A DNA stretch of 62,984 nt, filler included. It is 4 parts of 4 records of this genome, joined end to end, with 100 filler letters (N's around TTAATTAATTAA, not from the genome) between each part and the next. Parts side by side here need not be neighbours in the genome. Positions count along the whole stretch, not along the records: positions 50,769 to 56,495 come from SRR20825006_1107; positions 56,596 to 62,984 come from SRR20825006_1187; 2 more parts are not named here. The stretch is one strand, 5' to 3'. How positions within the stretch are numbered: the stretch's first letter is position 1; every line of letters starts with the position of its first letter. Below the pieces are notes generated by a model, which searched no databases, had not been told where the DNA came from, and saw nothing but the letters and a program-made list of their open reading frames with translations. This document shows positions 50,669 through 59,587 of the stretch, piece after piece. A program made the position numbers and the translations under genes.

Positions 50669-50768
50669 NNNNNNNNNNNNNNNNNNNNNNNNNNNNNNNN
50701 NNNNNNNNNNNNTTAATTAATTAANNNNNNNNNNNNNNNNNNNNNNNNNNNNNNNNNNNNNNNNNNNN
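50669..50768. other. Artificial contig spacer
   Basis: N44-TTAATTAATTAA-N44. Confidence 0.99.
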
Positions 50769-52943
50769 CAGATCATCCCAGACATAACTGTCGACATAGC
50801 CCGTGAACCGGAAGGGCGATGGAATGCGGTTGTTGGGCAGCCAGCTTTCCAGATCGCCGTCTTTATCTTTGTCATATTTTCCTTCAACATAAGACGCCAA
50901 AGCCCCGACATAGGTATTTTCGGTCAGATCATATTCTGCACTCAGCTCCGCACCGATGATGCGTTCTTTTTCCTGACTGAGCGCATTGGTCGCAGGGTCA
51001 AAATTGTTACCGTGTTCGTTGGTACTCATATATACTGCCCCAGACGTCCGGAAATTACGCGTGTCATAACTTGCGGCAAGTTCATATGTCTTGACCTTGG
51101 ATGCTTCGACATCGATCTGCGAGAAATTCAGTGGTACCCCTTGGGTCCCGGCACGACGGGTGTAGGCACCAACATCGGGAACGGCAAAACCTTCGCTATA
51201 GCTCAGTGATGTATCAAACTGATCGGTCCAGTGAACCACCGCAGATGCGTTATAGGTAACGGCATCATAGGTCGTGCTGCCGCCGGTAAATTGCGCTGCA
51301 GGGAAATAGGCACTCGCGACGCCACCGACATAGCGCATATAGTTAGGCCGCAGGAAATCATCGACCGTCAGATCATATGTCTCATAACGAACGCCGCCAG
51401 AAACATCGACAAAACGCGTGATCGGCGCACTTAATTGGGCAAAAACCGCCTTGCCGTCCTGATCCATTGGTGCGCCGATGTCGCGTCCACTAACGGTGCG
51501 ATACTTGATCTCATCAAATGTCAGATCCCCGCCCCAGCTAAGTGTCAGTCCGTCATACAAATCGTCAATTCCGGTATCGGTTGAAAGTTTGACCCCATAT
51601 TTCTGCGCATCAATAACCGACTGTCCCAGCGGATCCTCAACCGCGGGGCTGCCCGGTAATGCGACCAGTGCAAAATTATAGGTCGCATCATACTGTGCCC
51701 GCGACGCCTGCTTGTAGGTGTCATTGTAAAACAGTTTAAGATCGCCACGGCCCAAAGCCCCCAGATCAAACTCGTATCCAGCAGTCAAATATTCGCTTTC
51801 TTCCTCAAGCGGCTGCCCGTCATATGGGGCCAAAAAATTCACTGCCGCAGGATTGGCCCGCACGTCGGGATAGTAATCCGGCTTCTGACTGAACCGGACG
51901 ATTTCGGTCGAAAGCGAAACCCGGTGTCCTTCAAGAAAACCATAGCCGAGCTTGCCAAACAGGTTCAGATTCTCGGCATTGTCAAAACTACCCTGCCCCA
52001 TCATCGGGTCGGACGGCATTTGTTTCCCATAGCCGCTATACTGGTTTTCGGATGTTGATCCGGTAACACTTGCAGCATAGTCGAATTTCCCCACGCCACC
52101 GCTGCCGGAAAGAGTAAGCGACGGCGCAAGGCTGTCACCGATATCCTGAGTGAATGCTTTTACATGGGTATCGACAACAAAGATGTTCTCCCCCGGTGTC
52201 CCGGTCTTGGTTACGATATTGACCGTCGCCCCAGTTGCACCCTCTCCGTTCAGGGCGCTTGAACCCGGAATAACTTCGATGCTTTCGATCAGTTCCGGAT
52301 CAATCATTGACAGAATGCGGCTGGAATTACGTAGCGGCGTATTGCGACCAATCCCGTCAACAAGCACCTGTATGTCGCGCCCTCGGAAAGTTTCCGTGCT
52401 GCTGGTCAGGGTTTGCGCATCGAACATAAAGCCGGGAACAGCATCCCGCAAAAGGGTCGAAAGACTGTTGGACTTTGCGAGCTGCGCCTCAATCTGGTCG
52501 CGGCCAATTAGCACCACTGAGGGAGACATGCTTTTTATTGAGCGTTTCGAACGACTTGCCGAAACCACAATATCCTGCAGGATGATCTCGCCACTATCCG
52601 ACTTTGCCGCCGGAATGATTTTTACGCTGTCAGCCCCGATAAACTCAAAATCATACCCGCTACCTGCCAGCAGGGTTCGCAATGCTTCCGTCGCGGTTAC
52701 ATCCCCTGCAAACGGCGTTGCAACCACCCCTGCAAGATCGCCCTGTACAATCAGCTGCAAACCAAACTCGGTCGCCAGTTGATCAAGTGCCGCGCGGAGA
52801 TCTTGCGTTTCAATGCGGATTGTATGGACCGTATTAGCGTCCTGTGCCTGCACCATTCCGGTACTGCAGATCATCAGGACAGACACAAGTGCGCTTGTTC
52901 CAAGCAGGCGCATCATCGCGCTTCGTTCGTGTTTCAAGATCAT
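50769..52943 (-). CDS. TonB-dependent siderophore receptor with N-terminal signalling domain (IutA/RhtA-like), 3' truncated
   Basis: Signal peptide, STN-like domain, TonB box DIVVSASR, plug RGRDIQVLVDG..IDP..IEVIPG..VNIVTK. Confidence 0.88.
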
Positions 52944-52959
52944 TCCCCCATATCTGAAA

Positions 52960-52983
52960 GATAATAATGCAAATCACTATTAC
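52960..52983. promoter_or_regulatory. Fur box candidate
   Basis: GATAATAATGCAAATCACTATTAC just upstream of the receptor start. Confidence 0.55.
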
Positions 52984-53025
52984 CCTCATGACGAATGGCT
53001 CGCGGGAATGAGGAGGTCATTTTGT

Positions 53026-54078
53026 TTATTTTTTTGAAATCAGATGAAAACCACCCGGATAGGCTTTATTTTCAAGATCATAGGCTGCCATCAGAGCATT
53101 CATCGCACTGTCGGGTTTTGCCAGATCGAAATTTCCGGTAACGAAAATATCGCCCATACGCGGATCAAGGATAAAGTTCTGCCCCGGCAAAAGCGGCGAA
53201 ATCCGTGCGATCAATTCCTCAAGCGACATCTCGTTAACCATCCAGCGACCATTCCGCCATCCGGCAATGCGATCCACATCGCGCGTACCATAACGCATGT
53301 CACCCGTTGGCAACTGCCACGCGGCACGCCCGGCGGAAAGCTTTGCCAAACGTATGTTGCCGTCACTCTGGCGCAGATCGACCAAACCTTCGCTGACTTC
53401 CACCCGGGCGAGCCCCCCCCATTTCGAAGCCACAAAGGCGGTGCCGACGGCCTGGGCGGTAATATCATTCAGACGAACCCGTAAAGGCCGGGATTTGTCA
53501 GGAGCAACTTCAATATAAATGCCACCTTCAAGAACCGTAATATCGCGCCCGGTATCATCATATTTGACCGCAAGCCGTGTTCCCGGTTCCATCCAGACCC
53601 GTGAACCATCTGTCAGTTCGTGAATTTCGCGGACCGCACTGGCATCGTTGGCCGCGATCAGATCCGGATCGCGACGAAGCCCACCCAGCACAAACAGACC
53701 AACGAGGACCAATCCGATAGCTGCCGCCAGCTTCGGCCGAAACCGGCGTTTGCCGGATTGCATTCCCGGCAATCGCCCCTGCCTGCCTTCAAGTGCGCCA
53801 AGACGTTCAAGATCGGCGCGGATGCCGTCAAGATCGACGGGTTGTCTTTCAGTATTTTCCTGCGCTACTCGCGGACTATCCGTTACGGCCATTTCCATGC
53901 TGCGCCATGTCTGGCGTGCCCGCATCAAAAGCCGTACATTTCCTGAATTTTCAGCCTGCCAGTTCTCAAAAGCCGTCTGCTCACATCGATCCAGATCCCC
54001 CTGGTCAAGGCGGATTGCCCAAAAATCGGCAATGTCTTCATTGCTTTGGCAGTCGTCGGGATAGCGAAACTCTGTCAT
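53026..54078 (-). CDS. fecR: FecR-family anti-sigma factor
   Basis: W..RL..F..W N-terminus, one TM, LTDGSRV, AVGTAF; start revised to 54078. Confidence 0.88.
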   Translation of the reverse strand: MTEFRYPDDCQSNEDIADFWAIRLDQGDLDRCEQTAFENWQAENSGNVRLLMRARQTWRSMEMAVTDSPRVAQENTERQPVDLDGIRADLERLGALEGRQGRLPGMQSGKRRFRPKLAAAIGLVLVGLFVLGGLRRDPDLIAANDASAVREIHELTDGSRVWMEPGTRLAVKYDDTGRDITVLEGGIYIEVAPDKSRPLRVRLNDITAQAVGTAFVASKWGGLARVEVSEGLVDLRQSDGNIRLAKLSAGRAAWQLPTGDMRYGTRDVDRIAGWRNGRWMVNEMSLEELIARISPLLPGQNFILDPRMGDIFVTGNFDLAKPDSAMNALMAAYDLENKAYPGGFHLISKK

Positions 54079-54153
54079 GGCAATGGCGGGATCCGGCAAT
54101 TGATCGAATAGCTTGATATGTAAAAGACGAATGGCAATGCACAAAGAGGATAT

Positions 54154-54687
54154 TCAGTTTTCATATCGCGCCAGCACCGTTCGACAATGTTTAAGAGCAT
54201 GACGCAAGTGTTTTTCGACCATATTGCGACTGATGCCAAGGGTTTCTGCGGCCTCCGCCGGGCTGAGATGGTCGCGCTTGCACAGCAGGAAAGCATCCCG
54301 GCAGCGCGGCGGCAATCCATCAATCGCCCGACCGACAATAGCGATACGTTGCCGGTCTGCACTTATTTGTTCTGGTGTCACACTATCCCCGATTGCATCG
54401 GGTATATCGGCAAGGTCGGCGGGATCGGTAAAATCAAGCGGATTTCGATTGCGACGGCGCAGCGTATCAATCGCCAGATTGGTTGCCATTCGCATCAGAT
54501 AGGCAGGCGGATTGTCAACTTCGCGCGGGTCGACGGCACGTTTGCGAAGTTGGATATAAAGGTCTTGCAACACATCATGGCTTTCCTCGCCAGCGGGCAG
54601 ATATTTCTGCACCTGACGCAACAGGCGCCCGTGGTATTGTTGATATATCCCATCCCAGAAACGGTCCCTGACCGTCATGTCTCTCAC
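54154..54687 (-). CDS. fecI: FecI-type ECF sigma factor
   Basis: DVLQD, AYLMRMATNLAID, LPPRCRDAF, VEKHL. Confidence 0.9.
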   Translation of the reverse strand: MRDMTVRDRFWDGIYQQYHGRLLRQVQKYLPAGEESHDVLQDLYIQLRKRAVDPREVDNPPAYLMRMATNLAIDTLRRRNRNPLDFTDPADLADIPDAIGDSVTPEQISADRQRIAIVGRAIDGLPPRCRDAFLLCKRDHLSPAEAAETLGISRNMVEKHLRHALKHCRTVLARYEN

Positions 54688-54700
54688 CGGCCTAGTCAGT

Positions 54701-54719
54701 AATGATAACGGTTATCATT
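54701..54719. promoter_or_regulatory. Fur box
   Basis: AATGATAAC-G-GTTATCATT perfect 9-1-9 inverted repeat upstream of the sigma gene. Confidence 0.85.
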
Positions 54720-54817
54720 TTCATCAATGCTTATACAGCGCACGATTTCAGGGTCAATCCCAAAAGCAAAAGGCCCGCTTGCGCAGACCTTTGACTGTAA
54801 AGTGAGCGGTGATTTGA

Positions 54818-55612
54818 TCAGTCTTCAAAGTGGCCTTTGGCAGCAAAACCACCGCCCTGATAGATCACAGCCGGGTCGTGACGGTCTTCGACCGGGAAGG
54901 CTGCCTCGATTTCTGCGCGGAAGATCTCGGAACTATCCAGCGGCTGCCAGCCGATCAGTTCGGCATGGTCGTTGCTCCACCATTTGGTGCGGTTGTTCGA
55001 AACCCCATACATCACCAGATGGCCGGTCATCGGTGCATCAAACACTGCCTTCATCAGGGAAATGAAGTCACGCGGGCTCATCCAGGTCGACAACATCCGG
55101 CGATCGCGCGGCTTTTCAAAACATGACCCGATACGAAGCGAGACGGTTTCAACATCGAACTTGTCGAAATAGTAACTCGCCAAGGCCTCGCCGTAGCATT
55201 TGGTGACGCCATACAGACTGTCAGGGCGCAGTTCGGATTTGTCATCAAGCTTGGTCGTGCGCTTGTGGAACCCGATGGCGTGGTTCGAACTGGCAAACAG
55301 GATGCGTGGCTTGCCGTTTTTGCGGGCACCTTCATACAGGTTATAGGTGCCAAGGAAATTGGCCTGCAGCAGGTCATCAAATGCGGCTTCGACCGAAATC
55401 CCGCCCAGATGAATGATCCCGTCGCAATCCTTGGTCAATTCATGGACAGCCGAACGATCCGAGAGATCGCACGGCACGACTTCCTCGCCCTGACCAGCCG
55501 GATCCATCGGCGCGATATCCGAAAGGCGCAGCACATCGGCATAGCCTTTCAGCCCCTCACGCAGGATTTTCCCAAGGTTGCCAGCAGCACCGGTAATCAG
55601 CAAACGTTTCAT
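54818..55612 (-). CDS. udh: Uronate dehydrogenase
   Basis: ITGAAG, HLGGISVE, ASSNH, YGVTK, RIGS, YQGG; next to a TRAP permease. Confidence 0.88.
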   Translation of the reverse strand: MKRLLITGAAGNLGKILREGLKGYADVLRLSDIAPMDPAGQGEEVVPCDLSDRSAVHELTKDCDGIIHLGGISVEAAFDDLLQANFLGTYNLYEGARKNGKPRILFASSNHAIGFHKRTTKLDDKSELRPDSLYGVTKCYGEALASYYFDKFDVETVSLRIGSCFEKPRDRRMLSTWMSPRDFISLMKAVFDAPMTGHLVMYGVSNNRTKWWSNDHAELIGWQPLDSSEIFRAEIEAAFPVEDRHDPAVIYQGGGFAAKGHFED

Positions 55613-55645
55613 TGTCTTCCTCTTTGAAGTCATCTTGACCCGCGA

Positions 55646-56495
55646 TCAGCCGCCACCAAACACAAGGTTCGGCAACGTCAGCGAAATCGCAGGCACATAG
55701 GTTGTCAGCATAAGCGCCGTCAGGATCGCCAGATAAAACGGCCAGATCGTCATGACGGCCTTTTCAATCTTCACCCCGCCAATCGCACAACCGACAAACA
55801 GGCAGGAACCCACCGGCGGCGTACAAAGGCCAAGGCCCAAATTCATCATCAGAACCATGCCGAACTGGATCGGATCCATGCCAAACTGGGTCGCCAGCGG
55901 CAGGAAGATCGGCGTACAGATCAGGATCAATGCCGCCATATCCATGATCATGCCCGCCACCAGCAACATAAGATTGATCAGCAACAGAACCATGATCGGA
56001 TTATCGGTGATCGATGTAATCGCATGGGCCAGTGCATCGGGCACCTGATAGAAGGCCAGCATATAGCCATAGGCCGATGCACACCCGACCAGCAACATGA
56101 CAAGAGCCGTCGTTTTAGCCGATTGCTTGACCGCAGCAACAAAGCCCGCCCAATTGAGTTCACGATAAACAATCCCGGTAATGATCAACGCATAAGCCAC
56201 GCCAATCGCACCGGATTCTGTCACGGTAAAGATACCGCTCAGAACGCCGCCGACGATAATGACCGCCGTGAAAAATCCGGGGATGGCACGAATGGCCGTA
56301 ACCCAGACAACGCGCCATCCCGGAAACGGAACCGACGGGTAACCGTGTTTTATCGCTACCAGCCACGTGGCAAGCCCAAGCAACAGACACATGATGATGC
56401 CCGGCACCAGACCGGCCATGAACAGCTTGGAAATCGAAATCCCGCCGCCGGCCGCGACAGCATACAGGATCATGTTATGGCTGGGCGGGATCATG
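55646..56495 (-). CDS. dctM: TRAP transporter large permease, 3' part
   Basis: IPPSHNMILY, GIFTVTES, TPPVG. Confidence 0.9.
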
Positions 56496-56595
56496 NNNNN
56501 NNNNNNNNNNNNNNNNNNNNNNNNNNNNNNNNNNNNNNNTTAATTAATTAANNNNNNNNNNNNNNNNNNNNNNNNNNNNNNNNNNNNNNNNNNNN
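56496..56595. other. Artificial contig spacer
   Basis: N44-TTAATTAATTAA-N44. Confidence 0.99.
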
Positions 56596-56633
56596 GGGTG
56601 AGCGATTTAAATCGCTCACCCGTTTTTTATTTT
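56596..56633 (+). terminator. Intrinsic terminator (26-bp perfect palindrome plus T tract)
   Basis: GGGTGAGCGATTTAAATCGCTCACCC-GTTTTTTATTTT. Confidence 0.8.
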
Positions 56634-56650
56634 CGCCCCTGACTTCCACC

Positions 56651-56956
56651 TCACTTCCGCAACCCTCGAAAGTCCCTGTTGCGGTAGGCCGTGATCACGA
56701 CCTCATCCCTTGGCGAGCATACGATCTGCACGCCGTCCTCGGCGGATAAGTCCACGCCCTCTCGCCGAGCTTCGGCGATCTCCTTGCGCCCGATGGCGTA
56801 AACCACCGATCCGCGCACGTGAGCGCGGCGGCCATACAGGAACGCCTCGACCGCAGCACGAAGTGAAATGTTGCGCTCCTGCATGCGCTGCCACGCATGT
56901 CTCGTGAGCGCCAGACCTGTCTTTGATCGAAACCACTGCGCGTCTGAAGAAAACAT
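56651..56956 (-). CDS. DUF4258-family small basic protein (putative RNase toxin fold)
   Basis: LTRHAWQRMQERNI and VVITAY motifs; AAGGAG 8 nt before ATG 56956. Confidence 0.75.
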   Translation of the reverse strand: MFSSDAQWFRSKTGLALTRHAWQRMQERNISLRAAVEAFLYGRRAHVRGSVVYAIGRKEIAEARREGVDLSAEDGVQIVCSPRDEVVITAYRNRDFRGLRK

Positions 56957-57010
56957 GCCCCTCACTCCTTTGCTCGAGATGATCCCATCGTTTGCAAAGG
57001 AGTGAGGGGC
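56957..57010 (-). promoter_or_regulatory. RBS-sequestering 17-bp hairpin
   Basis: GCCCCTCACTCCTTTGC (56957-56973) / GCAAAGGAGTGAGGGGC (56994-57010). Confidence 0.75.
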
Positions 57011-57024
57011 GCCATACGCCTGGA

Positions 57025-58098
57025 ATGACAGTTTTTTTTTTAGAGCTACAGCTCCTGATCAACACCGAGCTTCGCGACAAGGCGATCCACGCCAACCAGA
57101 CCAAGTCCAAGTTCATGGCCAACGTCTCGCACGAGCTGCGTACGCCCTTGAACGCCATCATCGGCTACACCGAGCTGCTCATCGAGGACATCGAGGAGTT
57201 CGAGGCGCAGTCCGACCTGAGGAAAATTCACGACGCCTCGATGATGCTGCTCGGGCTCATCGACGATGTCCTCGACCTCGCAAAGATCGAGGCGGGGAAG
57301 GCGATCCTCGGCCGGGACGAGTTTGACCTCGCGGCGTTGGTCCAGGAGGTCGTCGATATGCTCGAGCCCTCGCTGAGCCATGGCGTGACGCTGACATGCG
57401 AGCTGGCTGATGACCTCGGGGTGATGCACTCGGACAGGTTGCGAATGAAGCAAATCCTGACCAATCTGCTCTCCAACGCCATCAAGTTCACCCCGGATGG
57501 CAGCATCACCGTGCGCGCCTACAACGATATCAACGGCGAAGACATCGTCATCGACATCACAGACACCGGCGTCGGCGTCTCATCAGAGCGCCTCGACCAA
57601 TTGTTCCTCCCCTTCGAGCGCGGCGAGCAGGAGCGCTCCACGGTCAAGGGCACGGGGCTCGGGCTGGCGCTCTCGAGGTACTTGAGCCGCCTGATGGGCG
57701 GAGACATCGCCGCCGTGAGCGAGCAAGGCAAGGGCTCCACGTTCACCTTCCGCGCACCCCGCACCATGCGGGTCGAGGATGGCAAGGTCATCGAGGCAGC
57801 CGCAAACATCCCGGCGGCGCAAGCGCTCACGCCACAAGACCAGCAATTCAAGGTGCTCGTCATCGACGACGACTTCGCCATGGGAGATCTGCTGACGCGG
57901 CTCTCGGAACCGATGGGCATCCACGTGCTCTGGGTCCCATCGGGTCAAAGGGCGCTGGAGATCGCGCCCAATTGCAGGTGCTCTCCAAACATGGCGTGGA
58001 GGTCTAGGAGTCATCTTCGTCCTCGGACTCTCTTCCACGCCAGGAGACGGACTCGCGATCCCACTCGCTCCATTTCTCCCACTCGTCCAAGTCGGTGA
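57025..58098 (+). pseudogene. Hybrid histidine kinase remnant (HisKA-HATPase plus truncated receiver)
   Basis: SHELRTPLNAI, NLLSNAIKFT, GTGLGL; receiver KVLVIDDD breaks near 57970 before the phospho-Asp; no sensor domain. Confidence 0.65.
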
Positions 58099-58807
58099 AC
58101 TGCTCCCAGCTTCGCCACCCGACCTCGTTTCGCCCCGCTCCGCCTGTCTCGGCGCCATTCTGAGAGAGATCGCACTCGAGCGGGTGCTCCTTGAGGAGCT
58201 CCTCCATCAACTCGACGCCGCTGTAACCGAGCGCGTTCTCGGCCAGCAAGAGCACCTCCAGGTGCTCGAGCAAGCCGGACTCGCCCAGGTGGTGCACGAT
58301 CTCTTCGGTGAGTTCGTTTCGTGAGAGGTCGAGCACGCGCAACGCGCTCGCGTCCTGCTCCTCGAGCCAGACGATCACGTCGTCATCAGAGAGCAGGTTG
58401 CCGCTCAGGTCCAGCACCTCGAGCTGATCGCCAACCGGGCTCCTGGCGATTTCGAGGATGCCTCGGCGGTCGAGCCCCGTAGTAGCGAGGATCTCGATGC
58501 TGTGTCCGCGCTCGGCGGCGAGGCCAAGGAAGTGCAGGCACTCGCCCGCCAGGCTCAGCGCTCGGGTGAGCGGAAACCAGGGGCGCTTGACCGCGCGGCG
58601 CCAGAGCGAGAGCTCTTCGATGCGAAGAAAGACCAACTCGGGAGGCCAGCGCGACAGATGATCGCGCGCGTAAGGAAGGACCTGCCCGAGCAGCTCATCC
58701 TCCGAGATCGGCTCCCACCCCTCCAGGAGCTTTTGAAGCGCGAACCAGGTGTGCTCGCTTTGCGGCCTTTGCAACATGGAACGGAGCTCTCCAAAATCGA
58801 CGCCCAT
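58004..58807 (-). CDS. Leucine-rich repeat protein
   Basis: LEVLDLSGNLL, LRVLDLSRNEL, LEVLLLAENAL at about 28-aa spacing; acidic Trp-rich tail. Confidence 0.8.
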   Translation of the reverse strand: MGVDFGELRSMLQRPQSEHTWFALQKLLEGWEPISEDELLGQVLPYARDHLSRWPPELVFLRIEELSLWRRAVKRPWFPLTRALSLAGECLHFLGLAAERGHSIEILATTGLDRRGILEIARSPVGDQLEVLDLSGNLLSDDDVIVWLEEQDASALRVLDLSRNELTEEIVHHLGESGLLEHLEVLLLAENALGYSGVELMEELLKEHPLECDLSQNGAETGGAGRNEVGWRSWEQFTDLDEWEKWSEWDRESVSWRGRESEDEDDS

Positions 58808-59013
58808 ACAACCTCACGTTTTGCTTTGGGTTCAACACGCTCTCGGGAAACAATGCCGATGGCAGCAACCTGGCCCAAACACACCCTCGGGGTAGCCTCG
58901 GGAGATGATCATGGCCAAAGTGATTGAAGATTTTTATACTCTTGCACGTCTATGGATGTGGTCTTCACAAGAAGCTCAATTACCACCAGCCCTCGAACCA
59001 AGAGTCCGGACCG

Positions 59014-59583
59014 ATGAAAATAAAAACCTCTTCGAGCGCTCTACTGATTCTCGCATTGATTCTCTTCGCGAGCACCGCAGCCATCGCCCAGGATGCCTAC
59101 TCACCTCGAAAACCTGGCTCGGCGGATCTGATCACGACCGGGATCTTCAAGGAGAGCCCGCTGGCGTTCCCATTCCAACAGATCAGCGTTCGAAACATCA
59201 CCCCTGACACCACCAAGGTCGGTGACGACTTCGAACACATCTACAACATCCCTTATGCCGACATGGTCGAGCACTTCACCAAACAGGAGAACATCAAGCA
59301 GGGGTTCGACATCATCAACCCCAAGGTGTTCCCCGAGGGCGGAGGCAAGATCTATTACATCAAGGGAATCCAGAAGATCGACGAGGGCGCAGCGACGCGG
59401 CTCAGGTTCGCCAACAGCAACGTCTCTCGCGACTTCTCGGTGACGCTATATCCCGATGGCGGCAACACGCGCGTGGTCTTCCACAACATGGTCCTCACGA
59501 CCATCTCGAGTGGCGTCATGCCAGCTCGTCACGGCTTCGTCGGCCAACACATCAAGGAAGAGGTTCCGTTTAACTGGAACTGA
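59014..59583 (+). CDS. Exported hypothetical protein
   Basis: MKIK + hydrophobic core + AIA-Q signal peptide; strong GC3 bias. Confidence 0.8.
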   Translation: MKIKTSSSALLILALILFASTAAIAQDAYSPRKPGSADLITTGIFKESPLAFPFQQISVRNITPDTTKVGDDFEHIYNIPYADMVEHFTKQENIKQGFDIINPKVFPEGGGKIYYIKGIQKIDEGAATRLRFANSNVSRDFSVTLYPDGGNTRVVFHNMVLTTISSGVMPARHGFVGQHIKEEVPFNWN

Positions 59584-59587
59584 ACGC

